DNA of 64,000 nucleotides from Gammaproteobacteria bacterium Ga0077536. Lineage in GTDB: Bacteria > Pseudomonadota > Gammaproteobacteria > Ga0077536. The number at the start of each line of letters is the position of its first letter. Within the stretch, counting starts at the first letter, position 1. Shown one piece after another: positions 1-10,471 of this stretch. The stretch spans positions 21,407-85,406 of the forward strand of contig LNEL01000054.1 of assembly GCA_001464935.1 (NCBI GenBank). The letters run 5' to 3'. The position numbers and the translations under genes are program-made. Below the pieces are notes generated by a model. That model had not been told where the DNA came from. It saw only the letters and a program-made list of their open reading frames with translations, and did no database searches.

Positions 1-2
1 GG

Positions 3-1328
3 CAGGGCAATGCGGCGGCCGCCCTCGAACATCTCAAGTACGTGCTGAACCAGGACAACAGCAGCGACGGCAGCCGTTTCCGGGTCATCGCGAACCTCCT
101 CGGCCGCGAGGACGATCGGCGCACGGCGCTGAACGTGATGGAGCAACTGGTGCGCGAGCGGCCGGCGGACACCGATGCGCTGGTCGCCTATGCGTTGCTG
201 GCGATGCGCGCCGAGGATCTGGGCAAGGCCCGCAGCGCGATGGACACCCTGGTCGCACGCACCGACATCAATCCGAATCTCGCCCTGGCCTATATGGCCG
301 TGCTGCAGAAGGAAGGCGCCGGCGCTGACGGCATCGCCTTTCTCGAGAAGGCGCTGAAACGTACGCCCGAAGACTTCGGCCTGCGTCTGCTGTATGCCCG
401 CATGCTGGCCGACGCCCAGCGCTACGAGCAGGCGCGGCTGCAGTTCAGCATGTTGCTCGAGCAGGCCCCGGACAACACGGACGTCATCTATGCACTGGGC
501 CTGCTGAATCTGCAGGCCGGCAAGGTCGACGAGGCCGAGCAGAACTTCCGCGCGCTGAACAGGTTCAACGATCGCGCCGACGAGGCTGCGTTCTATCTCG
601 GCCAGATCGAGGACTCCCGGCAGCGGCCGGCGGCGGCGCTGGCGCACTATCGGGCGGTCAAGGACGGTGCGAACCTGTTCCCGGCCCAGTTGCGCGTGAT
701 TTCCATCCTCGCCACGCAGGGCAAGCTCGATGAAGCGCTGCAGGCAATTGCCCAGACACCGACGGCGGGCGAGGAGCAGAAGGTCCAGCTGACGCTGATC
801 CACGCCGAAGTGCTGGCCGAGCACAAGCGCTACGACGAAGCGATGGGCCTGTTCGACCGCGCACTGAACGGCCGCTACGACATGACGCTGCTGTACAACC
901 GCGCGATGCTCGCCGAGCAGATGGGCCGGCTCGACATCCTGGAGGCCGATCTGCGCACGATCATCGAGCGCGAACCCGGCAACTCCCAGGCCTTGAACGC
1001 GCTGGGCTATACGCTGGCCGACCGCACCGACCGTCACGCCGAAGCCTACGAGTTGATCCAGCGCGCGCTGGCCGCCTCGCCGAACGATTTCTTCATCCTC
1101 GACAGCATGGGCTGGGTGCTCTATCGACTCGGCCGGCTCGAGGAAGCCGTGCCCTATCTCGAAAAGGCCCGCCAGCTGCGCAACGACCCCGAAGTCGCCG
1201 CCCACCTCGGCGAGGTGCTGTGGATGCTCGGGCGCAAGGCAGATGCCCGGCAAATCTGGAACACCGCGCTCGAACAGCACCCGAAGGACACCAAAATCCT
1301 GGATGCGATCAAGCGCCTGGCGCCGTGA
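3..1328 (+). CDS. Tetratricopeptide-repeat protein upstream of lolB (5'-truncated by window edge)
   Basis: Frame is open from base 3. Many TPR-like helices (ALNALGYTLAD, ILDSMGWVLYRLG, EVAAHLGEVLW). Conserved position before lolB-ispE. Confidence 0.85.
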   Translation, partial: QGNAAAALEHLKYVLNQDNSSDGSRFRVIANLLGREDDRRTALNVMEQLVRERPADTDALVAYALLAMRAEDLGKARSAMDTLVARTDINPNLALAYMAVLQKEGAGADGIAFLEKALKRTPEDFGLRLLYARMLADAQRYEQARLQFSMLLEQAPDNTDVIYALGLLNLQAGKVDEAEQNFRALNRFNDRADEAAFYLGQIEDSRQRPAAALAHYRAVKDGANLFPAQLRVISILATQGKLDEALQAIAQTPTAGEEQKVQLTLIHAEVLAEHKRYDEAMGLFDRALNGRYDMTLLYNRAMLAEQMGRLDILEADLRTIIEREPGNSQALNALGYTLADRTDRHAEAYELIQRALAASPNDFFILDSMGWVLYRLGRLEEAVPYLEKARQLRNDPEVAAHLGEVLWMLGRKADARQIWNTALEQHPKDTKILDAIKRLAP

Positions 1329-1948
1329 CGCGCCGACGCTTCGCGCGTGCCTGCGTGGCCCTCGGCGCGCTGCTGCTGACCGGCTGCGCCGCGCTCCGGC
1401 CGTCACCGGCGCCCGCGCCGGGCGCTGACGATCCCCGCTGGCTGGCGCAGCAGCAGGCGATGGCCGCGCTCGATGCGTTCACGCTCACCGGACGGGTGGC
1501 GATTCAGCGCGGCAGCGAAGGGGGCGGCGCGAAACTGCGCTGGTACCAGACCGGGGACAGTACCGATTTGCGCATCATGGCGCCGATGGCCCAGGGGACG
1601 TTCCGCCTCGAAGGCGACGCGACGGGCGTCGCCCTGACCGCGCCGGACGGCCAGCAATATGCCGCCGAGAACTTCGAAGACCTGATGGCGACCCATCTCG
1701 ACTGGTCGTTTCCGGTCGAGGGCGCCCGTTACTGGGTGCGCGGCATCCCCGATCCGGCGCGGCCGGTCGAACACATCGGCTTCGACGCCGAGGGGCGTCT
1801 GAGCGACCTCGCGCAGGCGGGCTGGCGCATCAGCGTGCTCGAGTACCGCGACGTCGACGGCAACGCCCTGCCGGCCAGGCTTTTCCTGAACGCCGATGAC
1901 CTCAAGATAAGGCTGGTCATCGACACCTGGACGTTTGCGCCGCGTTGA
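1325..1948 (+). CDS. lolB: Outer-membrane lipoprotein insertion protein LolB
   Basis: GTG at 1325 overlaps the TPR stop (GTGA). Lipobox LLTGC, YWVRGIP, QAGWRI, LPARLFL. Directly upstream of ispE. Confidence 0.9.
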   Translation: MTRRRFARACVALGALLLTGCAALRPSPAPAPGADDPRWLAQQQAMAALDAFTLTGRVAIQRGSEGGGAKLRWYQTGDSTDLRIMAPMAQGTFRLEGDATGVALTAPDGQQYAAENFEDLMATHLDWSFPVEGARYWVRGIPDPARPVEHIGFDAEGRLSDLAQAGWRISVLEYRDVDGNALPARLFLNADDLKIRLVIDTWTFAPR

Positions 1949-2023
1949 GCGGCCCCTATGCTAGCGCCCCGCGCCCTGTCCTTCGTGGCCGGGCTCATTC
2001 AGAGCTGAATTCAACGCTGAACC

Positions 2024-2905
2024 ATGGCAACGACTCCTCTCCCGACCACGGCGCCCTGGCCGGCACCGGCCAAGATCAACCTGTTCCTGCACATCGTCGG
2101 GCGCCGCCCCGACGGCTATCACCTGCTGCAGACCCACTTCCAGTTCCTCGATCACGGTGACGAACTGCGCTTCGCGGTGCGCGCGGACGGTGCAATCAGG
2201 CGCGTGACGGATCTCCCCGGGGTGCCGGCCGAGGCCGATCTCGTCGTGCGCGCGGCGCAGGCCCTGCAGGCCGCGAGCGGCTGCCGGCTCGGCGCCGACA
2301 TCGCGGTCGAGAAGCGCCTGCCGATGGGCGGCGGGCTCGGCGGCGGCAGTTCGAACGCGGCGACGGTGCTGGTGGCCCTCGATCGGCTGTGGGGCACCGG
2401 GCTCGGCGTCGAGGCGCTGGCGAGTCTCGGCCTCACGCTCGGTGCGGACGTGCCCGTGTTCGTGCGCGGCGAGGCGGCGTGGGCCGAAGGGGTCGGTGAG
2501 CGGCTGATCCCGCTCGCGGCCGACGAGCCCTGGTGCGTCGTGATCCACCCCGCCTGCGAGGTCCCGACGGCCGCCGTGTTCAAACACCCGGAATTGACAC
2601 GGGATACGCCGGCGATGACAATCCCCGGCCTTCCGCCGGACCTCATGCACAACGACTGCGAGCCCGTCACGCGACGCCTCTATCCGGCGGTCGGCGCGGC
2701 GCTGGACTGGCTGAGCGGGCATGCGCCGGCGCGCATGAGCGGCACGGGTGCGTGCATCTTCGCGTCTTTCGACACGCGGGAGGCGGCACTGACGGTCGGC
2801 CGGCTCGTGCCGGCGCCCTGGTCCTGGTTCGTGGCCCGGCGCTGCAATCGCTCTCCACTGCTCGCCCGCCTGGATGCGGAGCCGGTGCGGCACCCGGCGC
2901 GGTGA
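2024..2905 (+). CDS. ispE: 4-diphosphocytidyl-2-C-methyl-D-erythritol kinase
   Basis: PAPAKINLFL, DGYH, PMGGGLGGGSSNAA, LGADVP and MSGTG motifs. Confidence 0.97.
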   Translation: MATTPLPTTAPWPAPAKINLFLHIVGRRPDGYHLLQTHFQFLDHGDELRFAVRADGAIRRVTDLPGVPAEADLVVRAAQALQAASGCRLGADIAVEKRLPMGGGLGGGSSNAATVLVALDRLWGTGLGVEALASLGLTLGADVPVFVRGEAAWAEGVGERLIPLAADEPWCVVIHPACEVPTAAVFKHPELTRDTPAMTIPGLPPDLMHNDCEPVTRRLYPAVGAALDWLSGHAPARMSGTGACIFASFDTREAALTVGRLVPAPWSWFVARRCNRSPLLARLDAEPVRHPAR

Positions 2906-2925
2906 CAGACACGGTTTGAGGCTGC

Positions 2926-3000
2926 TGGGGAGTCGCCAAGTGGTAAGGCACCGGGTTTTGATCCCGGCATTCCCAGGTTCGAATCCTGGCTCCCCAGCCA
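2926..3000 (+). tRNA. tRNA-Gln (anticodon TTG)
   Basis: 75-nt cloverleaf TGGGGAG...CTCCCCAGCCA. Anticodon arm CCGGG-TTTTGAT-CCCGG, T-loop GGTTCGAATCC, encoded CCA. Canonical ispE-tRNA-Gln-prs position. Confidence 0.97.
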
Positions 3001-3024
3001 ATTTGATTGAAGGCGCTTGTGGAC

Positions 3025-3984
3025 ATGATCTTCAACCGTTCCGGCATGATGCTCTTCGCGGGCAATTCGAATCCCGCGTTGTCGCGCGCCATTGCCGCGC
3101 ATCTGCAGGTACCGCTCGGCAAGGCGAACGTCAGCCGTTTCAGTGACGGCGAAATCATGGTGGAAATCGCGGAGAACGTCCGCGCCCGCGATGTGTTCGT
3201 GTTCCAGTCGATCTGCCGGCCGACGAATGACAACCTGATGGAACTGATGGTGCTGATCGACGCCCTGCGTCGCGCCTCCGTGGCCAGCATCACCGCCGTC
3301 ATTCCCTACCTCGGCTATGCCCGCCAGGATCGCCGCCCGCGCTCGGCGCGCGTGCCGATCACGGCGAAGGTCGTCGCCAACATGATCGCCGGCGTCGGTA
3401 CCGACCGCGTGCTGACGGTCGACCTCCATGCCGATCAGATCCAGGGTTTCTACGACATCCCGATGGACAACGTGTATGCCTCACCGGTGCTGCTCGGCGA
3501 CATCTGGAAGAACGAATACGAGAACCTGATGGTCGTCTCGCCCGACGTCGGCGGCGTGGTGCGCGCGCGCGCCGTCGCGCGCCGCCTCGACAACGCGGAT
3601 CTCGCGATCATCGACAAGCGCCGTCCGCGGGCGAACGAAGCCGAAATCATGAACATCATCGGCGACGTCAAGGACCGCAGCTGCGTGCTGGTCGACGACA
3701 TGGTCGATACCGCCGGCACGCTGTGCCAGGCGGCGAAGGCGCTGAAGGAGCGCGGCGCGCGCTCGGTGTCCGCGTACTGCACGCACGCCGTGCTGTCCGG
3801 CAAGGCGCTACAGAACATAGAGGCCTCGACGCTCGACGAGCTCGTGGTCACCGACACCATCCCGCTGACCGAAGAGGCGGCCGCGTGTACGCGGATCCGC
3901 CAGCTCTCCGTCGCGGCGCTGTTGGGCGAAAGTATCAACCGCATGAGCTCGGGCCAGTCACTGAGTTCGATGTTCATCGATTGA
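3025..3984 (+). CDS. prs: Ribose-phosphate pyrophosphokinase
   Basis: [38 protein letters not shown]. Start is uncertain (3007, 3025 or 3046). Confidence 0.97.
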   Translation: MIFNRSGMMLFAGNSNPALSRAIAAHLQVPLGKANVSRFSDGEIMVEIAENVRARDVFVFQSICRPTNDNLMELMVLIDALRRASVASITAVIPYLGYARQDRRPRSARVPITAKVVANMIAGVGTDRVLTVDLHADQIQGFYDIPMDNVYASPVLLGDIWKNEYENLMVVSPDVGGVVRARAVARRLDNADLAIIDKRRPRANEAEIMNIIGDVKDRSCVLVDDMVDTAGTLCQAAKALKERGARSVSAYCTHAVLSGKALQNIEASTLDELVVTDTIPLTEEAAACTRIRQLSVAALLGESINRMSSGQSLSSMFID

Positions 3985-4053
3985 GCGAGGCACGCGCGTT
4001 TCTGGTCGCGGAGCGCGCACTGCCTGTCATCAAGCAACGTTAGGAGATTCATC

Positions 4054-4674
4054 ATGCAAGACAGATTCCAGGTCACCGCCGAGCCGCGGACCGAGCAGGG
4101 CAAGAGTGCGAGCCGCCGCCTGCGTCGTTCCGGCAAGGTGCCGGCCATTCTTTACGGCGCGGGCAAAGACCCGGCCAGCATCCAGCTCGAACACAACGAG
4201 ATGCTGCTGCACACCGAACACGAAGCCTTCTACTCGCACATCCTGACGCTGAAGATGTCGAGCGGCGCGGACGAGAAGGTCGTGCTGAAGGCGATGCAGC
4301 GTCACCCGGTGCGGCCGCTGATTCTGCACGTCGACTTCCTGCGCATCAACGAAGCGGAAGAACTGACGCTCCGCGTGCCGCTGCACTTCCTCAACGAGGA
4401 AACCTGCCCGGCGGTGAAGACCAACGGCGGCGTGATCAGCCATCACATGAACGACCTCGAAGTGCTGTGCCTGCCGAAGGATCTGCCGGAGTACATCGAG
4501 ATCGATTTGATGGACGTCGCGATCGGCGACACCATCCATCTGGCCGATCTGAAGATGCCGGCTGGCGTGCGCATTGCCTCGGTCGCCCATGGCGGCGATC
4601 CGATGCTGCCGGTCGTGTCGATCAACGCCCCGCGTGGCGCGGACGACGCGGCGGGCGCCGCGCCTGCCAAGTAG
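4054..4674 (+). CDS. rplY: 50S ribosomal protein L25/Ctc (long form)
   Basis: GKSASRRLR, VPAILYG, QRHP, HVDFLR. AGGAG SD. Lies between prs and pth. Confidence 0.96.
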   Translation: MQDRFQVTAEPRTEQGKSASRRLRRSGKVPAILYGAGKDPASIQLEHNEMLLHTEHEAFYSHILTLKMSSGADEKVVLKAMQRHPVRPLILHVDFLRINEAEELTLRVPLHFLNEETCPAVKTNGGVISHHMNDLEVLCLPKDLPEYIEIDLMDVAIGDTIHLADLKMPAGVRIASVAHGGDPMLPVVSINAPRGADDAAGAAPAK

Positions 4675-4727
4675 TCTTCCAGTTCTGACGGGCCTGGCGG
4701 CCGACACGCTGCGGCGGAACGGTCGTC

Positions 4728-5339
4728 ATGGCCACTGACTCCTCACAGGGCATCGCCCTCATCGTCGGCCTCGGCAATCCGGGTGCGCAATATGCGCGCA
4801 CCCGGCACAACGTCGGCTTCTGGCTCGTCGACCGAATCAGCAGCGCTCTCAAGCACGAAGCGCGTTTCCAGGCCGAGATCGGCAGCACGACCATCGGCGG
4901 CGAGCGGATCGTGCTGATGAAACCGCAGACGTTCATGAACCGCAGTGGCGCGGCGGTCGGCGGATACACGCATTACTACAAGATCAGGCCCGAGCAGGTG
5001 CTCGTGGTGCATGATGAACTCGATCTCGCGCCCGGTATCGTTCGCCTCAAGCACGGCGGTGGGCACGGCGGCCACAACGGGCTGCGCGACATCTCGGCGC
5101 AGATCGGTGCCGACTATCGGCGGCTGCGCATCGGCATCGGCCATCCGGGCAGCGCCGAACAGGTCACGAACCACGTGCTCAGCAATCCGTCGCCCGACGA
5201 TCGCATCAGCATCGAGCAGGCGATCGATCGCGCGCTCGAACGCCTCACCGACATCGTCGGCGGGCGCTTCGACCAGGCGATGAACGAACTCAACCGACGC
5301 GACGGCGAGACCGGCCGCGGCAAGACGCAGAAAGAGTAA
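4728..5339 (+). CDS. pth: Peptidyl-tRNA hydrolase
   Basis: [45 protein letters not shown]. Confidence 0.97.
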   Translation: MATDSSQGIALIVGLGNPGAQYARTRHNVGFWLVDRISSALKHEARFQAEIGSTTIGGERIVLMKPQTFMNRSGAAVGGYTHYYKIRPEQVLVVHDELDLAPGIVRLKHGGGHGGHNGLRDISAQIGADYRRLRIGIGHPGSAEQVTNHVLSNPSPDDRISIEQAIDRALERLTDIVGGRFDQAMNELNRRDGETGRGKTQKE

Positions 5340-5341
5340 AC

Positions 5342-6433
5342 ATGGGCTTCAAGTGTGGCATCGTCGGCCTGCCGAACGTCGGCAAGTCGTCTCTCTTCAA
5401 TGCGCTGACGCAGGCGGCGATCGCAGCGGAGAACTATCCGTTCTGCACCATCGACCCGAACGTCGGCATCGTGCCGCTGCCGGATCCGCGGCTCGACGCG
5501 ATCGCGAACCTCGCGAAGCCGAAGGTCATCGTGCCGACTTCGATGGAGTTCGTCGACATCGCGGGCCTGGTGGCCGGCGCATCGAAAGGCGAGGGCCTCG
5601 GCAACCAGTTCCTCGCGCACATTCGCGAAACGCACGCGATTGCGCACGTCGTGCGCTGCTTCGAGAACGAGAACATCGTGCACGTCGCCGGCAAGATCGA
5701 TCCGCTGGCGGACATCGAAGTGATCGAAACCGAACTCGCGCTCGCTGACCTCGACAGCGCGACGCGGGCACTCGACCGCGCCGCGAAGCAGGCGAAGTCC
5801 GGCGACAAGGAACTGAAGGCGCGCGTGGCCGCGCTCGAAGAGATCAAGGTCGGCCTCGACCAGGTGATCCCGATTCGCGCGCAGGGCCTGTCCGAGTCCG
5901 CGCTGGCCGCGGTCAAGGGGCTGTCGCTGCTGACGGCGAAGCCCGTGCTGTTCGTCGCCAACGTCGACGAGGACAATCTCAACGGCAACGAGTACGCCGC
6001 GCGCGTCGCCGCGTTCGCCGCGAAGCAGGGCGCCGAATGCGTGGTGATCTGCGCCGCGCTCGAAGCGGAGCTCGCCGTGCTCGGCGCGGAAGACCGCGCA
6101 CAGTTCCTCGCCGAGATGGGGCTGGCCGAACCGGGCCTCAATCGCTTCATCCGCGCCGGCTACAAGCTGCTGGGCCTGCAGACCTACTTCACCGCCGGCC
6201 CGAAGGAAGCGCGCGCGTGGACGATACCCGTCGGCGCGACCGCGCCACAGGCCGCCGCCGTCATCCACACCGACTTCGAGCGCGGCTTCATCCGCGCCGA
6301 AGTCATCGCCTACGACGACTACATCGCGTGCAAGGGCGAATCCGGCGCACAGGCGGCCGGCAAGCTGCGCCTCGAAGGCAAGGAGTACGTCGTGCAGGAC
6401 GGCGACGTGATGCACTTCAGATTCAACGTGTGA
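5342..6433 (+). CDS. ychF: Redox-regulated ribosome-binding ATPase YchF
   Basis: [28 protein letters not shown]-terminal TGS domain ([13 protein letters not shown]). Confidence 0.98.
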   Translation: MGFKCGIVGLPNVGKSSLFNALTQAAIAAENYPFCTIDPNVGIVPLPDPRLDAIANLAKPKVIVPTSMEFVDIAGLVAGASKGEGLGNQFLAHIRETHAIAHVVRCFENENIVHVAGKIDPLADIEVIETELALADLDSATRALDRAAKQAKSGDKELKARVAALEEIKVGLDQVIPIRAQGLSESALAAVKGLSLLTAKPVLFVANVDEDNLNGNEYAARVAAFAAKQGAECVVICAALEAELAVLGAEDRAQFLAEMGLAEPGLNRFIRAGYKLLGLQTYFTAGPKEARAWTIPVGATAPQAAAVIHTDFERGFIRAEVIAYDDYIACKGESGAQAAGKLRLEGKEYVVQDGDVMHFRFNV

Positions 6434-6467
6434 GCGCAGCGCAGCACATGGGTTGCTGTGAAAGCCC

Positions 6468-6691
6468 GTAGGTTGGGCTGACGCAGGAAGCCCAACATCC
6501 TGGGCGTGGCGAAATCGGTGTATCGATGCGTTGCCTCCTTCGCGCCGGACTATCGCCACTGCCCTCCCGGCGGGTGCTGCTCGTGCACTCTCGGCGTCGG
6601 GCGGATGCTGCAGGCGCCCGTGATTCCGAGCGGCGAGCGGTGGGGGTCTGAAATGTTGTCTTGTTGGGCTTCCTGCGTCAGCCCAACCTAC
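6468..6691. repeat. REP doublet (REPIN-like): GTAG-family REPs at 6468-6497 (+) and 6662-6691 (-)
   Basis: Two exact inverted copies of GTAG-GTTGGGCT-GACGCAGGA-AGCCCAAC-A separated by 164 nt, between convergent genes. Confidence 0.92.
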
Positions 6692-7119
6692 GTCCGGCCA
6701 GGGAAGCCCGAGGTCGACGCCATCAGCGCGTCGCGATTCACCTCGTCAACCTGCTCGTTGAGCGTCCACAAATCATAGAGCCAGCCGAGCAGGAACAGGC
6801 CACCCGTGAACAGCCAGACGAATCCGGTCAGCCATTTTCCGAGATAAAAGCGGTGCGCGCCGAAGACGCCGAGAAACGTCAGCAGCACCCACGCCAGCGT
6901 GTAGTCGATTTTCCCGTCGGTGTAGCGCCGATCGGCTGCCCGATCCATGCCGGGAATCAGCAACAGATCGACGATCCAGCCCACCAGCAGCAGACCAAGT
7001 GTAAAAAAGTAAATCGTTCCGCTGACGGGACGCCCGTAATAGAACCGGTGAGCGCCCATGAATCCGAAGATCCAGAGCAGATAGCCGACGGACTTGCGAT
7101 GCGTATCGGTCAAGGACAT
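6688..7119 (-). CDS. Double TM2-domain (NINE) membrane protein
   Basis: Two GAHRFY...G..G...FTxG...GW..DL repeats. Likely start ATG 7119 after AGGAGG. Confidence 0.88.
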   Translation of the reverse strand: MSLTDTHRKSVGYLLWIFGFMGAHRFYYGRPVSGTIYFFTLGLLLVGWIVDLLLIPGMDRAADRRYTDGKIDYTLAWVLLTFLGVFGAHRFYLGKWLTGFVWLFTGGLFLLGWLYDLWTLNEQVDEVNRDALMASTSGFPGRT

Positions 7120-7698
7120 GGAAGGACCTCCTGGTGTCGTTGCGGCCGTGTGCGGCCATCGGGATGTGAAGAGCCGGTTATCGACGACGTAGCGCCGTAG
7201 ACCCCGCTGCATCGCCGACGTTGCATCGGTGTCAAGGATTGGGCTCGATACCGACACGCCGCTTCTGTTCGCTGGCGCACATCACAGGGCTTTTCGTCCT
7301 GAGCGCGGGGCTTCGACTCGATCTGCGCCGATGCCCGTGTCATTCGTTCCCGATCGCCAGGGACGAACGCCCACGGAAACACACCGCACGTCCATCGCCT
7401 CGGGGACCCGCTGCAGTCTCCACCGAGTGCGCTGCGGACCGACCGTACCCTGAATTCGACGGCGCGTGCAGCGGGCGGTCATCACCGCGCCGCCGAGTCG
7501 ATGGTTCGATCGTCGGGAACAGTGACGTGCGTCAGATCAGAGTCCGAGCACCCACGGCGGCGTTACGTTCACGCGGTTGAACGACAATGAACGCGATCCG
7601 TGATTGGCGGAACTCATGAAAGCACCTCGCTCCGCTGCTCACCACCGCGGCGTGGCGGTGCCATGTCTGAAAAGAACCAATCATCAAGGGGAGTTCCA

Positions 7699-8280
7699 AT
7701 GCAAGCAATCAAGGGAATGAGCATCGCGCTCGCGATCACCAGCGTGTTCGCGGCCGGCGCCAGCACAGCAGACGACGGGCGCAAGCGCCCGGCGCGTGCG
7801 TACGATGTCTGCGTGAACGCGGGCGTCGACGCGCGCTTCAATCTCACCGGTGTCGACTTCGGCGGCAATCCCATCCCGGAACATCCGGGTCCGGGCGATC
7901 GCGTGACCGGTGTCGGCATGCTGCTGCCGGCCGGCACGATTCCGACCGACGGCTCGGGTGATGTCACCTGCAACAGCTACCAGGCGCGGAAAATAGGCAC
8001 CTTCTTCGTCAACGGCACTTTCGTCAGCACCTTCACCGCGCGGCCGCTGCCGCAGGCGGCGGCCAACGATCTGGCCTACGTCGACTGGCATTTCCGTGTT
8101 GACGGCGCAGGCGCCTTCGACACCAGCGGCCCGATCAAGCAGTTCGCGCAGGGCGGCACCTATCCGCACACGATCGTCGGCGGCACGGGCCGCTTCAAGA
8201 GCGTCAAGGGCGAACTGACGACCCTGATGCTCGGCGCCGGCGGCTTCCAGCTGCGGGTGTTCCTGCCGAACGGCGACTGA
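7699..8280 (+). CDS. Secreted protein with dirigent/allene-oxide-cyclase-like C-terminal motif
   Basis: AAGGGGAG SD, signal peptide, two Cys, C-terminal TIVGGTGRFKSVKGE. Confidence 0.6.
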   Translation: MQAIKGMSIALAITSVFAAGASTADDGRKRPARAYDVCVNAGVDARFNLTGVDFGGNPIPEHPGPGDRVTGVGMLLPAGTIPTDGSGDVTCNSYQARKIGTFFVNGTFVSTFTARPLPQAAANDLAYVDWHFRVDGAGAFDTSGPIKQFAQGGTYPHTIVGGTGRFKSVKGELTTLMLGAGGFQLRVFLPNGD

Positions 8281-8524
8281 TTCGCTCGCGTCGTCGACAG
8301 TCGATCCGCGCACACTCGCTGTGCGCGGAGTCCCCAGTTGCGCCTCGAGACGCTAAGAATTCCCCCAAGCGAACTAATGCTGGTTGATTAGATCGCTGGG
8401 CGCGTTGCCGCCAGGGTGCATCAGTGTGCCGATGAGTCCAGCGAACGCGCGCGCGCGGCCCGAAGACTCGTACAATGCCGGCAAGAGCGCCCACGTCGAA
8501 GGGCGCCGATGCCGGGGGTGCCGC

Positions 8525-10369
8525 ATGGATGCTGAATTTCGCAAAGACCTGGTCAAGGTCTGTCTGTTACCGCTGTTGACCCTGTTTCTGATACCGGGGC
8601 TGACGCTGCTGTTCACTCACCATGCGCAGCCTCGCATCGATGCCCGCATCACCGATGCAGTGAACGCATCATTCGTGCAGGAGAAAGTGCCCGAGGCTGA
8701 GCGCGCGCCGGTACTCGAACTGCTGCGCGCTTATCCCCCCTCCAGCACCTGTCGGGACGACAGGGCCGAGCTCGCGTCGTATCGCGCGCAGATGTGCGAG
8801 CGCTATGGCGAACTCTGGCAGTTCGACATGGCGGACCGCATTGCGCGCTGGACCTGTGTCGCCGGCGCTATCGTGCTGGTGATACTGCTGCTGCTCGGCG
8901 GCGTGGCATTCATGAATCGTCGTGCGCAACTGTGGAGTTTCCTGGTGGGCTGGCGGCTGCTGACAGGATTCAGCGCGTTTGAGCTCGTCGTGCAAGGTGC
9001 ACTCGCGATCTGGCTGTCGTTCTGGATCACCGCACATTTCACGCAGCACTATTTCGTGAAGCTGGTCGGGGTCGTTGCTCTGCTGGCCCTGTACGCAATG
9101 TATGTGGCGATCGCCGGCCTGTTCAGACATCCGCCGGCAGCCAGCGAGATCGACGGTGAAATGGTGGACGAAACGGCCGCGCCACGGCTCTGGCAGCGCA
9201 TCCGCGAGCTTGCAGGGCGGCTCGGTACCGCACCGCCCGAGCGTCTCATTGCCGGCATCGACACGAACTTCTTCGTGACCGAAGCGCCACTGGTGGTGAG
9301 CGGGCGACTGCTCACCGGCCGCACACTTTTCGTCAGTCTGCCGCTGCTGCGGGTGCTCGATGAACACGAGTCGGATGCGGTGCTGGCGCACGAACTCGCG
9401 CACTTCCGGGGGGGCGATACGGCGAGCAGCGCGGCGCTCAATCCAGGACTGGTCCGTTTCGAACAATACTGCGAGGGACTGCGTCAGGGCGGCATGGCCG
9501 CGCTGATGTATTTTCTGCTGCGGTTGTATCGCGTGATTTTTGCCATTGCCCTGTCGCGCGACAGTCGTGCGCGCGAGTTCATGGCCGATCGCGCGGCAGC
9601 CGAAGCGGTGTCGCCGGCCGGGATCGCTCGTTCACTCGTCAAGATCGGGGCCTACGCCGCCTATCGCGGCCAGGTCGAACAGGCGCTCTTTGGCCATGAG
9701 CGCACCCACGATTCCAAGCTCGGTATCGCGCAAGCGATCTCGGCGGGGCTTGCGCCGTATGCGCATTCGCCTGCATTCGCCAAGGCCATGCAGTCGGTGA
9801 AAGTCCCGCATCCGTTCGACTCGCACCCGCCGATGCAGGAACGCATGGCACAGGTCGGCGCGCACGCGGCGACCCTCGATTTTCCGCGCATCGTCAGCAC
9901 GCCGCCAGTGGCGACGTGGGCCGAGGACATCCGGACTGCGGCGGACATCGAGGCGCGACTCTGGGCCGCCTATGAGCAGCGGTTTGCGGCAGTTCACGAA
10001 TACAGCCTTGCCTATCGTTACCTGCCGGCGAATCCACAGGAAGCGGCCGTGGTCGCGAAGTACTTTCCGCCCGTCGACTTCTCGCTGAAGCGCGGCGATC
10101 GGCTGCAGATCAACCATTCGGGCATTCTGCCGCCCGCCGGTGGCGCGCTGATTCGTTGGCAGGACATCGGGGACATCAAGTATTCGCAAGGTTCATTCGG
10201 AACCGCCGACACCATGGAACTCCGCGATGCGCAGGGGCCGGCGCGCAAGGCGAAATGGACGAAACTGAAGCTCAAGGGCATCGGCAGCGAGCGGGAGCGG
10301 CTGAAAGCGGTGATGAGCCGCTACATGCAGCGCGACATCATGGCCCGACAGCGGGCGGCGGTGGGCTGA
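8525..10369 (+). CDS. M48 (HtpX/Ste24-like) membrane zinc metalloprotease with C-terminal extension
   Basis: Several TM segments, AVLAHELAH, REFMAD, FDSHPP..ER. Confidence 0.85.
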   Translation: MDAEFRKDLVKVCLLPLLTLFLIPGLTLLFTHHAQPRIDARITDAVNASFVQEKVPEAERAPVLELLRAYPPSSTCRDDRAELASYRAQMCERYGELWQFDMADRIARWTCVAGAIVLVILLLLGGVAFMNRRAQLWSFLVGWRLLTGFSAFELVVQGALAIWLSFWITAHFTQHYFVKLVGVVALLALYAMYVAIAGLFRHPPAASEIDGEMVDETAAPRLWQRIRELAGRLGTAPPERLIAGIDTNFFVTEAPLVVSGRLLTGRTLFVSLPLLRVLDEHESDAVLAHELAHFRGGDTASSAALNPGLVRFEQYCEGLRQGGMAALMYFLLRLYRVIFAIALSRDSRAREFMADRAAAEAVSPAGIARSLVKIGAYAAYRGQVEQALFGHERTHDSKLGIAQAISAGLAPYAHSPAFAKAMQSVKVPHPFDSHPPMQERMAQVGAHAATLDFPRIVSTPPVATWAEDIRTAADIEARLWAAYEQRFAAVHEYSLAYRYLPANPQEAAVVAKYFPPVDFSLKRGDRLQINHSGILPPAGGALIRWQDIGDIKYSQGSFGTADTMELRDAQGPARKAKWTKLKLKGIGSERERLKAVMSRYMQRDIMARQRAAVG

Positions 10370-10471
10370 CAGCGTCGCGGCCGGCGGGCACCCGCACGCG
10401 CCGCCGAGAGGCCGCTCCGGTATCATCGCGTGGCGGCCGCCACCTTCCTTCCGGCCCGCGGAGACCGACGC

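Noticed and set aside
2926..3000. tRNA-Gln as an island or prophage attachment site
   Set aside because: Flanked by ispE and prs in canonical order. No integrase or duplicated 3' end noticed.
6661..7200. ORFs starting MLGFLRQPNL or containing WASCVSPTY or VGLTQEAQ (also 12331, 30720-31760, 32201)
   Set aside because: These peptides are translations of the REP, not a protein family.
7275..7320. Cyclic-di-GMP-I riboswitch suggested by CACAGGGC
   Set aside because: The required GCAAAC, GNRA tetraloop and GCAAAG elements are absent.
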